64,000 bases of DNA. Source: an uncultured Nitrosopumilales archaeon (GTDB lineage Archaea; Thermoproteota; Nitrososphaeria; Nitrososphaerales; UBA213). Where the stretch lies: positions 12,958 to 76,957 of the forward strand of contig CAYJSN010000005.1 of NCBI GenBank assembly GCA_964373125.1, written 5' to 3'. Numbering within the stretch: the first letter of the stretch is position 1; each line of letters starts with the position of its first letter. The notes below the pieces were generated by a model. The model saw nothing but the letters and a program-made list of their open reading frames with translations. It was not told the DNA's origin and made no database searches. This document shows positions 44,379 through 55,271 of this stretch, piece by piece. The translations under genes and the position numbers were made by a program.

Positions 44379-44483
44379 AGGACATATTCCCAGACCGAAC
44401 CGCTATAAATGTTATAACTGGCGCGTGTTCGCTGATGCGAAGATCAAGCAAAGCTAAAAAGCAGTCGAGGAGAAACTCCCGGT

Positions 44484-45548
44484 ATGCCGCGTAACAAGGT
44501 CCTGCTTGAGGCCGCCTCGGAGATCAACTGCAAGAACCTGCTCGCCTTCGAGCCTGAGAACGTATTCTACATCACCGGCTTCTGGGGCGAGGCCATAGCG
44601 GTGCTGAAGCACGGCGGCACGGTACTGGTAACGCCAAAGCTCGAGGCCGGGCGGGCAAGGAGCGCCAGCAGGAACTGCGAGATCATAGAATCTGAACGCG
44701 GGAGCGATATGCTCACGGCAGCCCTTTTGCACCTTGGCGGTGGCAACGTCTGCACCGACTGCAACAGCTACGCAGCCATCGAGAGCATGAGGCGGAAGCT
44801 GGGGAAGCGACTCGTGCACAGCGCCGGGCCATTCTACAGGTCGAGGCGGGTCAAGGACACGAAGGAGATCGCCACCATTGCGCAGGCAAGCAGGATCCTT
44901 GACAGGCTCTTTGCGCTCTGCGAAGAGGAGATCAAACCCGGAGTCAGCGAGCGCGAGCTGCAGGTCACGCTGCTCCGCGCAGGTATGATGATGGGAGCCT
45001 ACCCCCCCTCCTACAGGTTCACGCTATCGCCCCTGATAATAGCATCCGGCAGCAATTCATCGCTGCCGCACGCCGAGCCGACCGGCCGGCGGGTAAGGAG
45101 GGGTGACCTTGTCACCGTGGACCTGACGCTGAGGTACAACGGATACATCGCAGACGCGACAAGGACATTCGCTGTCGGGAACATCGATCCCGAGAAGAGG
45201 CACATCTATGAGATAGTGAGAGAGGCCCAGGCGGCCGGACTTGACGCTCTCAGAGCTGGTGCAAAATGCAAGTCCGTTGACAACGCCTGCCGCTCACTGA
45301 TCAAGAAAAAAGGATACGGGAAATATTTCATCCACTCGACGGGACACGGCATCGGACTGGAGGTGCACGAGCCGCCGCTGCTGGGCGCAAAGAGCAGCGA
45401 AATCATTTCAAAGAATATGACTGTGACCGTCGAGCCGGGCATCTACATCCCGGGCAAGCACGGGGTAAGGATCGAGGACAGCGTGCTGATCGAAGGCAAA
45501 CATGTCAGGGTTCTTAACAGGTACACCAAGGATCTGGTCACGCTTTGA
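44484..45548 (+). CDS. pepQ: M24 family Xaa-Pro dipeptidase / aminopeptidase P
   Basis: 354 aa. Metal ligands are in DLTLRYNGYIADATRT, HSTGHGIGLEVHEPP and TVEPGIY...GVRIED. Confidence 0.85.
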   Translation: MPRNKVLLEAASEINCKNLLAFEPENVFYITGFWGEAIAVLKHGGTVLVTPKLEAGRARSASRNCEIIESERGSDMLTAALLHLGGGNVCTDCNSYAAIESMRRKLGKRLVHSAGPFYRSRRVKDTKEIATIAQASRILDRLFALCEEEIKPGVSERELQVTLLRAGMMMGAYPPSYRFTLSPLIIASGSNSSLPHAEPTGRRVRRGDLVTVDLTLRYNGYIADATRTFAVGNIDPEKRHIYEIVREAQAAGLDALRAGAKCKSVDNACRSLIKKKGYGKYFIHSTGHGIGLEVHEPPLLGAKSSEIISKNMTVTVEPGIYIPGKHGVRIEDSVLIEGKHVRVLNRYTKDLVTL

Positions 45549-45561
45549 AACTTTAATCTTA

Positions 45562-46806
45562 TTACGGGCGCGAGTCGAGCCTCTCCGCGACCTCCTCCAG
45601 CAACTTCCTAGCTATGGCGTGCTTGCTCTGCACCGGAAGATGCTGCACATTCCTCTCCCTGTCGACCAGGAAGACCTCGAGCGTGTCCGAGCCCATCTCC
45701 GAGCCTGCCCTGCAGACATCGTTCGCAACCATCAGGTCGGCATCGCACTCGAGCATCTTTGCCTGCGCGCTTTTCACCAACTGTTCGTCGCTCAGGTTGC
45801 AGTCTGCCTTGAACGCTACTAGAAACGTTCCTTGGCTGGTCTTCTTGACCTTGTCAACGATCTTCTCGGTTGTCTTCAGCCTCAGCGTCAGGTCGCCCTC
45901 CTTCCTGGTCTCGATCTTCACGCCCCTGGCGCTCTCTGGCTTAAAGTCCGATACGGCCGCCGTCATTATCAACACGTGGTATTTGTCGCTTCTCAGCTCG
46001 CCGAGGACGGCGTTCATCATCTCCTCTGTGGTACTCACTCTCATCACTTTGGCGCCGCCCGGCACGGTGGCGCTGCCGTAGCCAAAGACCAGCGTGACAT
46101 CGGCGCCCATCATCATAGCCTGCCTCGCGATCGCGGCGCCGAGCTTGCCCGACGCGGGGTTGGTCACGACCCTTATCGGGTCTATGTGCTCGGCCGTAGC
46201 CCCGGCCGTGACAAGGATCTTCCTTCCTTTTAGCTTTGTATCGCTCATTTTCGCAAGCACGGCGCTCAATACTACCTCCGGCTCCGCGATCTTGGCTTTT
46301 CCCTCCACGATGTTCGGCTCGACGAACTCGACCAGGTTCTTCAGCGACTCGACGTTGCGCTGCAGCACGGGGTTATCGTACATGGCCTCGTGCATCGCCG
46401 GGGCGATCATCACCGGGATCTTTGATCCCAGCGCCACGCTCACCACCGAGGTCACGGGCGTGTCGTCGATGCCGTTCGCTATCTTGCTTATCGTGTTCCC
46501 GGTGCACGGATAGATCAGCACAAGGTCCGACCTGCCGTAATCTGCGAGCTGTACGTGCTCGAGCTTCCAGGTGAGCTCGGTGACGACATCATTACCTGTT
46601 GCCCACCGCATCAGGTCAGGCGCCAGCAGCATCTTCGAGGACTTGCTCATCACCACGTAAACGTCGGCGCCGTGCCGCATCAGGAGCCTTGCAAGATCTA
46701 CAGCTTTGTATGCTGCTACACTTGCGGTAACGCAGAGGACGATCTTATTTCCCTGCAGTTCCCTTCCTTCTGAACCAACAATGTCCTTCGATGGGTGCTC
46801 ACTCAT
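45562..46806 (-). CDS. coaBC: bifunctional phosphopantothenoylcysteine decarboxylase / phosphopantothenate-cysteine ligase
   Basis: 414 aa. An N-terminal flavoprotein domain (VTASVAAYK...PCTGNTISKIANGIDDTPV) and a C-terminal DFP ligase domain (ILVTAGATAEHIDPIRVVTNPASGKLG). Confidence 0.9.
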   Translation of the reverse strand: MSEHPSKDIVGSEGRELQGNKIVLCVTASVAAYKAVDLARLLMRHGADVYVVMSKSSKMLLAPDLMRWATGNDVVTELTWKLEHVQLADYGRSDLVLIYPCTGNTISKIANGIDDTPVTSVVSVALGSKIPVMIAPAMHEAMYDNPVLQRNVESLKNLVEFVEPNIVEGKAKIAEPEVVLSAVLAKMSDTKLKGRKILVTAGATAEHIDPIRVVTNPASGKLGAAIARQAMMMGADVTLVFGYGSATVPGGAKVMRVSTTEEMMNAVLGELRSDKYHVLIMTAAVSDFKPESARGVKIETRKEGDLTLRLKTTEKIVDKVKKTSQGTFLVAFKADCNLSDEQLVKSAQAKMLECDADLMVANDVCRAGSEMGSDTLEVFLVDRERNVQHLPVQSKHAIARKLLEEVAERLDSRP

Positions 46807-47671
46807 TTCTGACCAGCTCCTTCATCAGGGCGTCGAGCTCCTCCCTCTCCATGTGGAAGACGTTCTCTTCCGAGGGGAACTTCTGGGCGGCAACGTCCTC
46901 CCTGAAGGCTGTGAGCGCCCGGGTCATCTCCCTCGCGAGCTCGGCGTACCGCCTTGCGAATTTTGGTTTCAGCTGCTCATAGAGGCCCAGCATATCGTGT
47001 ATGACGAGGACCTGACCGTCGCATGTGCTGCCGGAGCCTATGCCGAAGGTCGGCACCCTGGCGCTGTCGGTGATTATCTTCGCCACCTCGGCAACTACCT
47101 GCTCTAGGACTATGCTGTAGACACCGGCCTGCTCCAGCGCCCTCGCGTCCCTGATCAGCTGTAGCGCCGATTCCTTACTACGTCCCTGCACCTTGTAGCC
47201 CTGCCAGAACATCGCGGTCTGCGGCTTCAGGCCGATGTGGCCCATCACCGGCACGCCGGCCCTGACGATCGCCCTGGCGGTCTCGGCCATCTCTGCCCCT
47301 CCCTCGATCTTCACCGCATCCACGCCGGATTCCTTCACGAACCTGCAGGCATTCCTGACAGCCTCGGTGGCATCGACCTGGTACGACATGAACGGCATAT
47401 CGGCGACTATCATAGCCCGTCTGGTGCCCCTCGAAACTGCCTTGCAGAAGAGCAGCATCTCCTCCATCGTGACGGGCGTGGTTGTTTCGTACCCAAGCAT
47501 CACCATCCCCGCGCTGTCCCCCACCAGCAGGATGTCGATGCCCGCCTTGTCGCAGATCGCCGCTGTCGTAAAATCGTATGCTGTGAGCATCGTTATCTTC
47601 TTCCCAGCTCTCTTCATCGAGAGCAGCTCCTCGACCGTTATCTTCGCCCTACCGTTTGCCATTGTTATCAC
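46799..47671 (-). CDS. panB: 3-methyl-2-oxobutanoate hydroxymethyltransferase
   Basis: 290 aa. MLTAYD...ILVGDSAGMVMLG...VKIEGG. Overlaps coaBC by 8 nt. Confidence 0.9.
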   Translation of the reverse strand: MITMANGRAKITVEELLSMKRAGKKITMLTAYDFTTAAICDKAGIDILLVGDSAGMVMLGYETTTPVTMEEMLLFCKAVSRGTRRAMIVADMPFMSYQVDATEAVRNACRFVKESGVDAVKIEGGAEMAETARAIVRAGVPVMGHIGLKPQTAMFWQGYKVQGRSKESALQLIRDARALEQAGVYSIVLEQVVAEVAKIITDSARVPTFGIGSGSTCDGQVLVIHDMLGLYEQLKPKFARRYAELAREMTRALTAFREDVAAQKFPSEENVFHMEREELDALMKELVRNE

Positions 47672-48423
47672 CCAGTGGAAGTACCGGCTCTCATGAGGAT
47701 GTGCTCCAGCACGCCCTCAAGATTTTGCGCGTTGTCAAAATTGTTCGCAATATCTTCGAGCTCGGCTTTCCGCATCTTCGACATCGCTCCGGCAAGCTCG
47801 ACCATCTTCGGCATCGCGCGGACGATGTTGTCCACCACGGTTATCGTGGCGCTCCGCGCCGTCCTGGACAATGGATTCAGGTCTATAGCGATAACCTTCT
47901 TGCCCATCCTTACCAGAGCCTCGGTCCTGTCGCCGTCCTCCAGCGGCACCAGCACTACATCGGCGGCGTAGATGCCGTCGGGATCGACGCGCCTCCGCTC
48001 GCTCATCAGTTCAGGGATGGTCTTCGACGCCCTCCTCCCGACGCCGTAGATTTTTTCTGCGCCACTGGTTCTTAGGACCTGCTCGATCGCCGCTTCCCGC
48101 TCGGGCGTCCTGTAGAAGAGGTTGACCTCGATCCTGGCGCTGGCGAGCCTAGCAAGTTCCACGACCTCGCGCGCGCAGAGGCAGGCTGTGTTGCCGTTCA
48201 CGGAGATGGCCAGCCTCCCGGCGGCCAGCATCAGGGCAACGGCAGACCTCATTGCTCTGCTAGTGTGCTCGATGGTTTGCTCGCCGATCAGATAGTCGAA
48301 CGTCTCTCCCCTGCCGTGGGCTATGAGGCCCTCCTCCACGACTAGGCCATTCCTGAAGCCTTCCACCAGTTTCTCGCGTACCCGGAGCGATTCTGCCCTG
48401 GGATGGCTGTCCGGTATCAGCAT
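47668..48423 (-). CDS. 4-phosphopantoate--beta-alanine ligase (archaeal phosphopantothenate synthetase)
   Basis: 251 aa. HPRAESLRVREKLVEGFRNGLV..GLIAHGRGETFDYLIGE is the COG1701-type signature. Overlaps panB by 4 nt. Confidence 0.8.
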   Translation of the reverse strand: MLIPDSHPRAESLRVREKLVEGFRNGLVVEEGLIAHGRGETFDYLIGEQTIEHTSRAMRSAVALMLAAGRLAISVNGNTACLCAREVVELARLASARIEVNLFYRTPEREAAIEQVLRTSGAEKIYGVGRRASKTIPELMSERRRVDPDGIYAADVVLVPLEDGDRTEALVRMGKKVIAIDLNPLSRTARSATITVVDNIVRAMPKMVELAGAMSKMRKAELEDIANNFDNAQNLEGVLEHILMRAGTSTG

Positions 48424-49313
48424 TCGATCATCCTTGCTCCCTGGTGGTCGATGTCGCAGACGAGAATCTTGCTGCCGTGTCCGTTGAGAATCCTGCGCGC
48501 ATCCCCGACCTCGCCGCCTCTCACCAGCGAGAAGACTGTCTCGCCGAACATGGCCACGGAGGCCCTGAACCCGCTGGCGTTCATCTCTGCTATGATCTTG
48601 GCTGTGCTTTCGCTTACAAAGCCGATCGATCTGGCAAAGTCCAGCGACATGCCCATAAAGTCGTCGACCGATCTGGTCTTTACAAGTTCATGTAGCATCT
48701 TGCCGCCCAGACCGTTGATGAGCGACATCTTCTTGGTAAGAAATTCCTTCGTCGATACCGGGGCCAGGCAGAGTATGACTGCGCTGCGGTCGGCGGCATC
48801 GATCTGCTCTACTGTTCCAATGCCAGGAGCGCCGGCCCTTAGCCGCATCTCGAAGCCGCCGTGGTACTCGGCAAGGACGGTTCCAACACCGCACCTGCAG
48901 GCAAGGTCACTCCTGTGGGCTATCTGCGCGGCGCCCAGATCGCTAAGACCAGTTTCAAGGGCGCGGTTCAGCGCAAGGGAGAGGCTCAGCGCCGCGGCCC
49001 CGCTGGAGCCCAGCCCGTAGCCGACCGGGATCTGGAGATCGTGCTCGACCCTGACCCTGAAGTTCCTGCCCGCGAGCTTCAGGTATTCTTCCACAACATA
49101 GAGCGATACTTCGGCATCGTCGGCCCGGCTGCCGTTGATAATGATAACAACTTCACTGCCGTCGGATCGCTCCGCAGAAACTGTCGTCTTGACTCCCCTC
49201 TGGATGCAGAAGCCAGCCCCGCGCGAACCGATGAGCAGCGGGTCCTCTGGGAGGACAGGAAACTCCACGAAGCCTGTGATGTGACCCGGGGAGAAGGCGC
49301 CGGCCCTACGCAT
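48417..49313 (-). CDS. pantoate kinase (GHMP-kinase family, archaeal)
   Basis: 298 aa. PGHITGFVEF..., with the GHMP motif PVGYGLGSSGAAALS. Overlaps the next gene by 7 nt. Confidence 0.8.
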   Translation of the reverse strand: MRRAGAFSPGHITGFVEFPVLPEDPLLIGSRGAGFCIQRGVKTTVSAERSDGSEVVIIINGSRADDAEVSLYVVEEYLKLAGRNFRVRVEHDLQIPVGYGLGSSGAAALSLSLALNRALETGLSDLGAAQIAHRSDLACRCGVGTVLAEYHGGFEMRLRAGAPGIGTVEQIDAADRSAVILCLAPVSTKEFLTKKMSLINGLGGKMLHELVKTRSVDDFMGMSLDFARSIGFVSESTAKIIAEMNASGFRASVAMFGETVFSLVRGGEVGDARRILNGHGSKILVCDIDHQGARMIEC

Positions 49314-49337
49314 CGTTCGATCGGAGGCTGCACCGAA

Positions 49338-49348
49338 TATATATAAAT
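49338..49348 (-). promoter_or_regulatory. TATA-like element for the CoA operon
   Basis: The reverse strand reads atttatatat, centred about 28-30 nt upstream of the pantoate kinase ATG (49313). Confidence 0.4.
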
Positions 49349-49378
49349 GGCGTATAAAAAGTATAAATCAGTATAAAC

Positions 49379-50344
49379 ATGGCTAGATACGCGAGGCGGC
49401 TTCAGAGGATCGGCAGCAGCATCCTAGTATCGCTCCCGAAGGACTGGATAACACAGAACAAGCTCCAGAAGGGCACCACTGTCCTGTTGGAGGTTGGAAA
49501 CGACAACACAATGACGGTCTATCCGTCGGGCTCGGAGCAGGAGGAGGCAAAGGACGTTGTCATCCCGTACCCATCGCCCTACGCAGAGGCGATAGTGAAC
49601 GAGATCACGGGCGCCTATCTTCTTGGCTACGACCTGATCAGGCTGAAGGGCAGCTCACCGATATCCTACGACGACAGGGAGAAGATCAAGGAAATGATCG
49701 GGAAGATGGTCGGCCTGGAGATAGTCGACGAGGACACATCGAACATAACCGCGCAGTTCCTGCTCGACACCACGACGCTGGACCCGGAGAAGATACTCTT
49801 CAGGATGAGCTCGATCGTCTCCGGCATGTACAGGGACACACTTGCGTCGCTCACGAGCAGGGATCCCAACACGGTGAAGATGATCGCAAGGCGTGACGAC
49901 GAGGTCGACCGCCAGTACTTCCTCCTGGTGAGGCTGATCAGGAGCGCAGTGATGGACCAGAGGCTCGCCAGCAAGCTGAACCTCAGCAACATCGAGATCC
50001 TGGACTACAGGATCGCGGCAAACCTCTTCGAGAGCGCGGGCGATTCGATCGTAGAACTCGCGAAGGCCGTCACCGATGCGGGCCAGCTGAAGCGACCCGA
50101 CGAGCTGGTGAAAGCGGGGAAGATGATCGAGGCCATACAGGACACGGCAGTAAGAGCATTCACGAAGAAGAACAGGGCTGATTCTATAAAGACGATCAAG
50201 CAGTACGCAAAGCTGAGAGAGACGCTGGACGCGGCGAAGCAGAGCGCGCCGGCCAACATCCTCAGCATAATCTACACGATGGACAAGATCGCGAGATGCT
50301 GGGTCGATGTCGTAGATCTCGTGAAGCCGATTCCTGCCAGATAG
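49379..50344 (+). CDS. AbrB/SpoVT-domain + PhoU-domain regulator
   Basis: 321 aa. N-terminal RLQRIGSSILVSLPKDWI (a swapped-hairpin AbrB-like motif) followed by two PhoU-like helical repeats. Confidence 0.7.
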   Translation: MARYARRLQRIGSSILVSLPKDWITQNKLQKGTTVLLEVGNDNTMTVYPSGSEQEEAKDVVIPYPSPYAEAIVNEITGAYLLGYDLIRLKGSSPISYDDREKIKEMIGKMVGLEIVDEDTSNITAQFLLDTTTLDPEKILFRMSSIVSGMYRDTLASLTSRDPNTVKMIARRDDEVDRQYFLLVRLIRSAVMDQRLASKLNLSNIEILDYRIAANLFESAGDSIVELAKAVTDAGQLKRPDELVKAGKMIEAIQDTAVRAFTKKNRADSIKTIKQYAKLRETLDAAKQSAPANILSIIYTMDKIARCWVDVVDLVKPIPAR

Positions 50345-50388
50345 CAGCACTCAATCGCACGTGGAGGCTGTGCCTACCGTCCGGGCTG

Positions 50389-52899
<2,511 letters not shown>

Positions 52900-52932
52900 G
52901 CAGAATATCCATAATAAAGATTTGGAAAATAA

Positions 52933-53010
52933 TGATTGATGAGATCAGTAGAGATGCATCTCTTCATACCCCGGTGTCCTGGGGTCAGCGCAGGTTAGTC
53001 TCATCAATCA
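52933..53010 (-). ncRNA. candidate structured RNA (C/D-box-like motif spacing) or complex terminator
   Basis: A perfect 12-bp inverted repeat, TGATTGATGAGA (52933-44) and TCTCATCAATCA (52999-53010), encloses two hairpins. Minus-strand reading is TGATGA-12nt-CTGA-17nt-ATGAAGA-12nt-CTGA. No canonical terminal stem flanks the boxes. Confidence 0.3.
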
Positions 53011-53081
53011 AAGATAAAAGAATCGGACGCAGATTTAATCCTTTCATGCGTGGGGGAAGCGCGCAAACGCTTACACCGTCC

Positions 53082-53606
53082 CTACTTTCTTGCCTTCTGC
53101 AGGTACGCGAGGATGGCGTAGACCGTCTTTGCGTCCTCGATCTCGTTGCCAAGTATCATCCGCACGGCGTCGTCGAGCCTTACCCTGACGAGCTCGATCT
53201 GCTCGTCCTCATCCAGCTCGCGATGCTCCGCTGTTGCGAGATCTTTCGCAACGAAGAAGTGGATCATCTCAGTGCAGTATCCCGGGGTCACGTAGCACCT
53301 GCCGAGAAACTCGAGGCTTCCCGCCCTGTACCCGGTCTCCTCGATGAGTTCCCTCGCAGCGCAGTCCTCTGGGCTCTCGCCCTTCTCCAGCGTTCCGGCG
53401 GGAACCTCCAGCAGCTCCTTGCCCACCGCGTGCCTGTACTGCCGCTCCAAGATTATCTCGTTCCCGATCAGGGGGAGTATGGCCGCCGAGCCGTTGTGCT
53501 CGACGATCTCTCTTATCGATATCCTCCCGTCGGTCCTGATCTTGTCGACCCTGACCGAGATTATCTTCCCGTTGTAAATCTGCTGGCTCTCTATCATCGA
53601 GGTCAC
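53082..53606 (-). CDS. NUDIX hydrolase (ADP-ribose pyrophosphatase-like)
   Basis: 174 aa with the Nudix box GTLEKGESPEDCAARELIEETG. Confidence 0.85.
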   Translation of the reverse strand: MTSMIESQQIYNGKIISVRVDKIRTDGRISIREIVEHNGSAAILPLIGNEIILERQYRHAVGKELLEVPAGTLEKGESPEDCAARELIEETGYRAGSLEFLGRCYVTPGYCTEMIHFFVAKDLATAEHRELDEDEQIELVRVRLDDAVRMILGNEIEDAKTVYAILAYLQKARK

Positions 53607-53651
53607 TCCCGGGACATTACCCTTAAACGTATCTACAGGCGCAGGAAGCCC

Positions 53652-54065
53652 ATGGCCGTGGTTACAAAAACGATACGGCTACGAACGAAGGGCGAGCAGC
53701 ACATGATAAACATCACCGACGATGTCTCGAGGGCAGTGAGGGAGAGCAGCCTCAGTGATGGCATAGCGACCGTCTTCGTGCCGGGTTCCACAGCTGCTGT
53801 GACTACGATCGAGTACGAGCCGGGCCTGCTGAAGGACTTTCCCGATATGCTGGAGCGCGTGGCGCCCAAAGATATTGAATATCAACACGAGCAGATGTGG
53901 CACGACGGCAACGGGCACTCGCATGTCAGGGCCTCACTGATCGGGCCGTCGCTGACCGTGCCATTCGCGAACAAGGAACTTGTCCTCGGCACCTGGCAGC
54001 AGATCGTGCTTGTCGAGCTCGATGTCAGGGGCAGGGACCTAGTTGTGCAGATGGTTGGCGAGTAA
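53652..54065 (+). CDS. YjbQ/UPF0047 family protein (secondary thiamine-phosphate synthase-like)
   Basis: This is the C-terminal part of ORF 52932..54065, from the ATG at 53652. INITDDV...GIATVFVPGSTAAVTTIEYEPGL...HDGNGHSHVRASLIGPS...LGTWQQIVLVELD is the family pattern. Confidence 0.8.
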   Translation: MAVVTKTIRLRTKGEQHMINITDDVSRAVRESSLSDGIATVFVPGSTAAVTTIEYEPGLLKDFPDMLERVAPKDIEYQHEQMWHDGNGHSHVRASLIGPSLTVPFANKELVLGTWQQIVLVELDVRGRDLVVQMVGE

Positions 54066-54769
54066 TGATGCTGGACAGCATATTGCTGGGAGCTATCGCG
54101 TTCGGCTTACTGCATGGGATAAACCCGTCGCATGGCTGGATAGTGGCATCGCTGTATTCAGCGCGCAGCACGAAGCCGATGCTCAGCGGCTTCACAAGTT
54201 CGGGAATAATCGCAGGCGCGCACTTTGTATCTTCGATCGCCGTTGTGATAGCATACGTCGTACTTACCATGTTTATAGAAATACCCCAGCTTTACCTGCA
54301 GTACGGCGCGGCAATTGGGCTGGGAATATTGGCGTACATTTTCTGGCGAGAAAAGACCGAAGGTCTGGTTGAAACTCAGCACGGACACCTTCATGACAAC
54401 ATGGAAGAGGTTGAGCACGAACACCTGCACTGGCACAGGGACGTCGGCTATCACTCGCACAAGCATCTGCATCAGAGTAGAGCACTGCCAAGTTTGAGGG
54501 CGATAGCTGCTTTCGCATTCGTGCTGGGCTTTGCGCACGAAGAGGAGTTCGTAATCCTTGCGCTAGCAGCAGGCGGAGCCGATCCTTGGATGTTAATCAC
54601 TGCGTATGCAAGTTCGGTAACAGCAGCACTAATCGGGATAACCATGCTATCTGTGAAAGTATACACGCAGATTCATCACAGAATCATCCATTATAGCAAA
54701 TACCTTCCAAAGATCACCGCGCTGGTGCTGGCCGTCATGGCAGCCGGTTTTGCGGCCGGGATATTCTGA
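54064..54769 (+). CDS. NicO/UreH-like nickel-cobalt transporter family membrane protein
   Basis: From the ATG at 54064, overlapping the yjbQ stop. LLHGINPSHGW in TM1, a His-rich loop (HGHLHDNMEEVEHEHLHWHRDVGYHSHKHLH) and FAHEEEF are typical of the family. Confidence 0.6.
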
Positions 54770-54854
54770 GCGGCTCGGCACACCGTCCCAGCCTAATCTA
54801 TCTCTAGCCTCAGGCCCGCTATAGTTATATTGTTTCTTCGGCATATCAGATAAT

Positions 54855-55265
54855 ATGCATGGGGATGGTGGCAACGAGATCGAGGTTCCCAAGTCGGTGC
54901 GGCCGATAATGCTCGATGCGGCGGAGGAGACCTCGCTGGGAGAAAAACGGGGCGCAAAGAAGCAGTATCGCTACGGGAACCTGCACATCAGGGAGTATGA
55001 TGATAAATATCTTCTTCACCTCGACCGGGTTGATCCGCGAAAAGATCCTCTGGGCCACTTGGTGAGAGACTCTCCCGAGACTTTGCTGGGGATGGTCTCG
55101 GCGCTCTACCTCGGCAAGAGAGTTGCAAACGAGGTTTACAGGAGGAAGGCAGGATCGCGCGGCGCCGTGATCGAGAGCCTGATCCTCGGCGTGCTGGCAT
55201 CTGTTGCTGGCAGCTACCTGGGCTACAGGTTCGGCAGGAGCCTGAAGGGAAAGCTCGCCCGATAA
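54855..55265 (+). CDS. hypothetical protein with C-terminal hydrophobic helices
   Basis: 136-aa ORF. No family recognised. Confidence 0.4.
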   Translation: MHGDGGNEIEVPKSVRPIMLDAAEETSLGEKRGAKKQYRYGNLHIREYDDKYLLHLDRVDPRKDPLGHLVRDSPETLLGMVSALYLGKRVANEVYRRKAGSRGAVIESLILGVLASVAGSYLGYRFGRSLKGKLAR

Positions 55266-55271
55266 TCAAAG

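Noticed and set aside
47672-47681. ORB-core-like CCAGTGGAAG near the panB / PPS gene junction
   Set aside because: It is a single 10-mer inside coding sequence, with no G-string arm, no AT-rich neighbour and no initiator gene. It is most likely chance.
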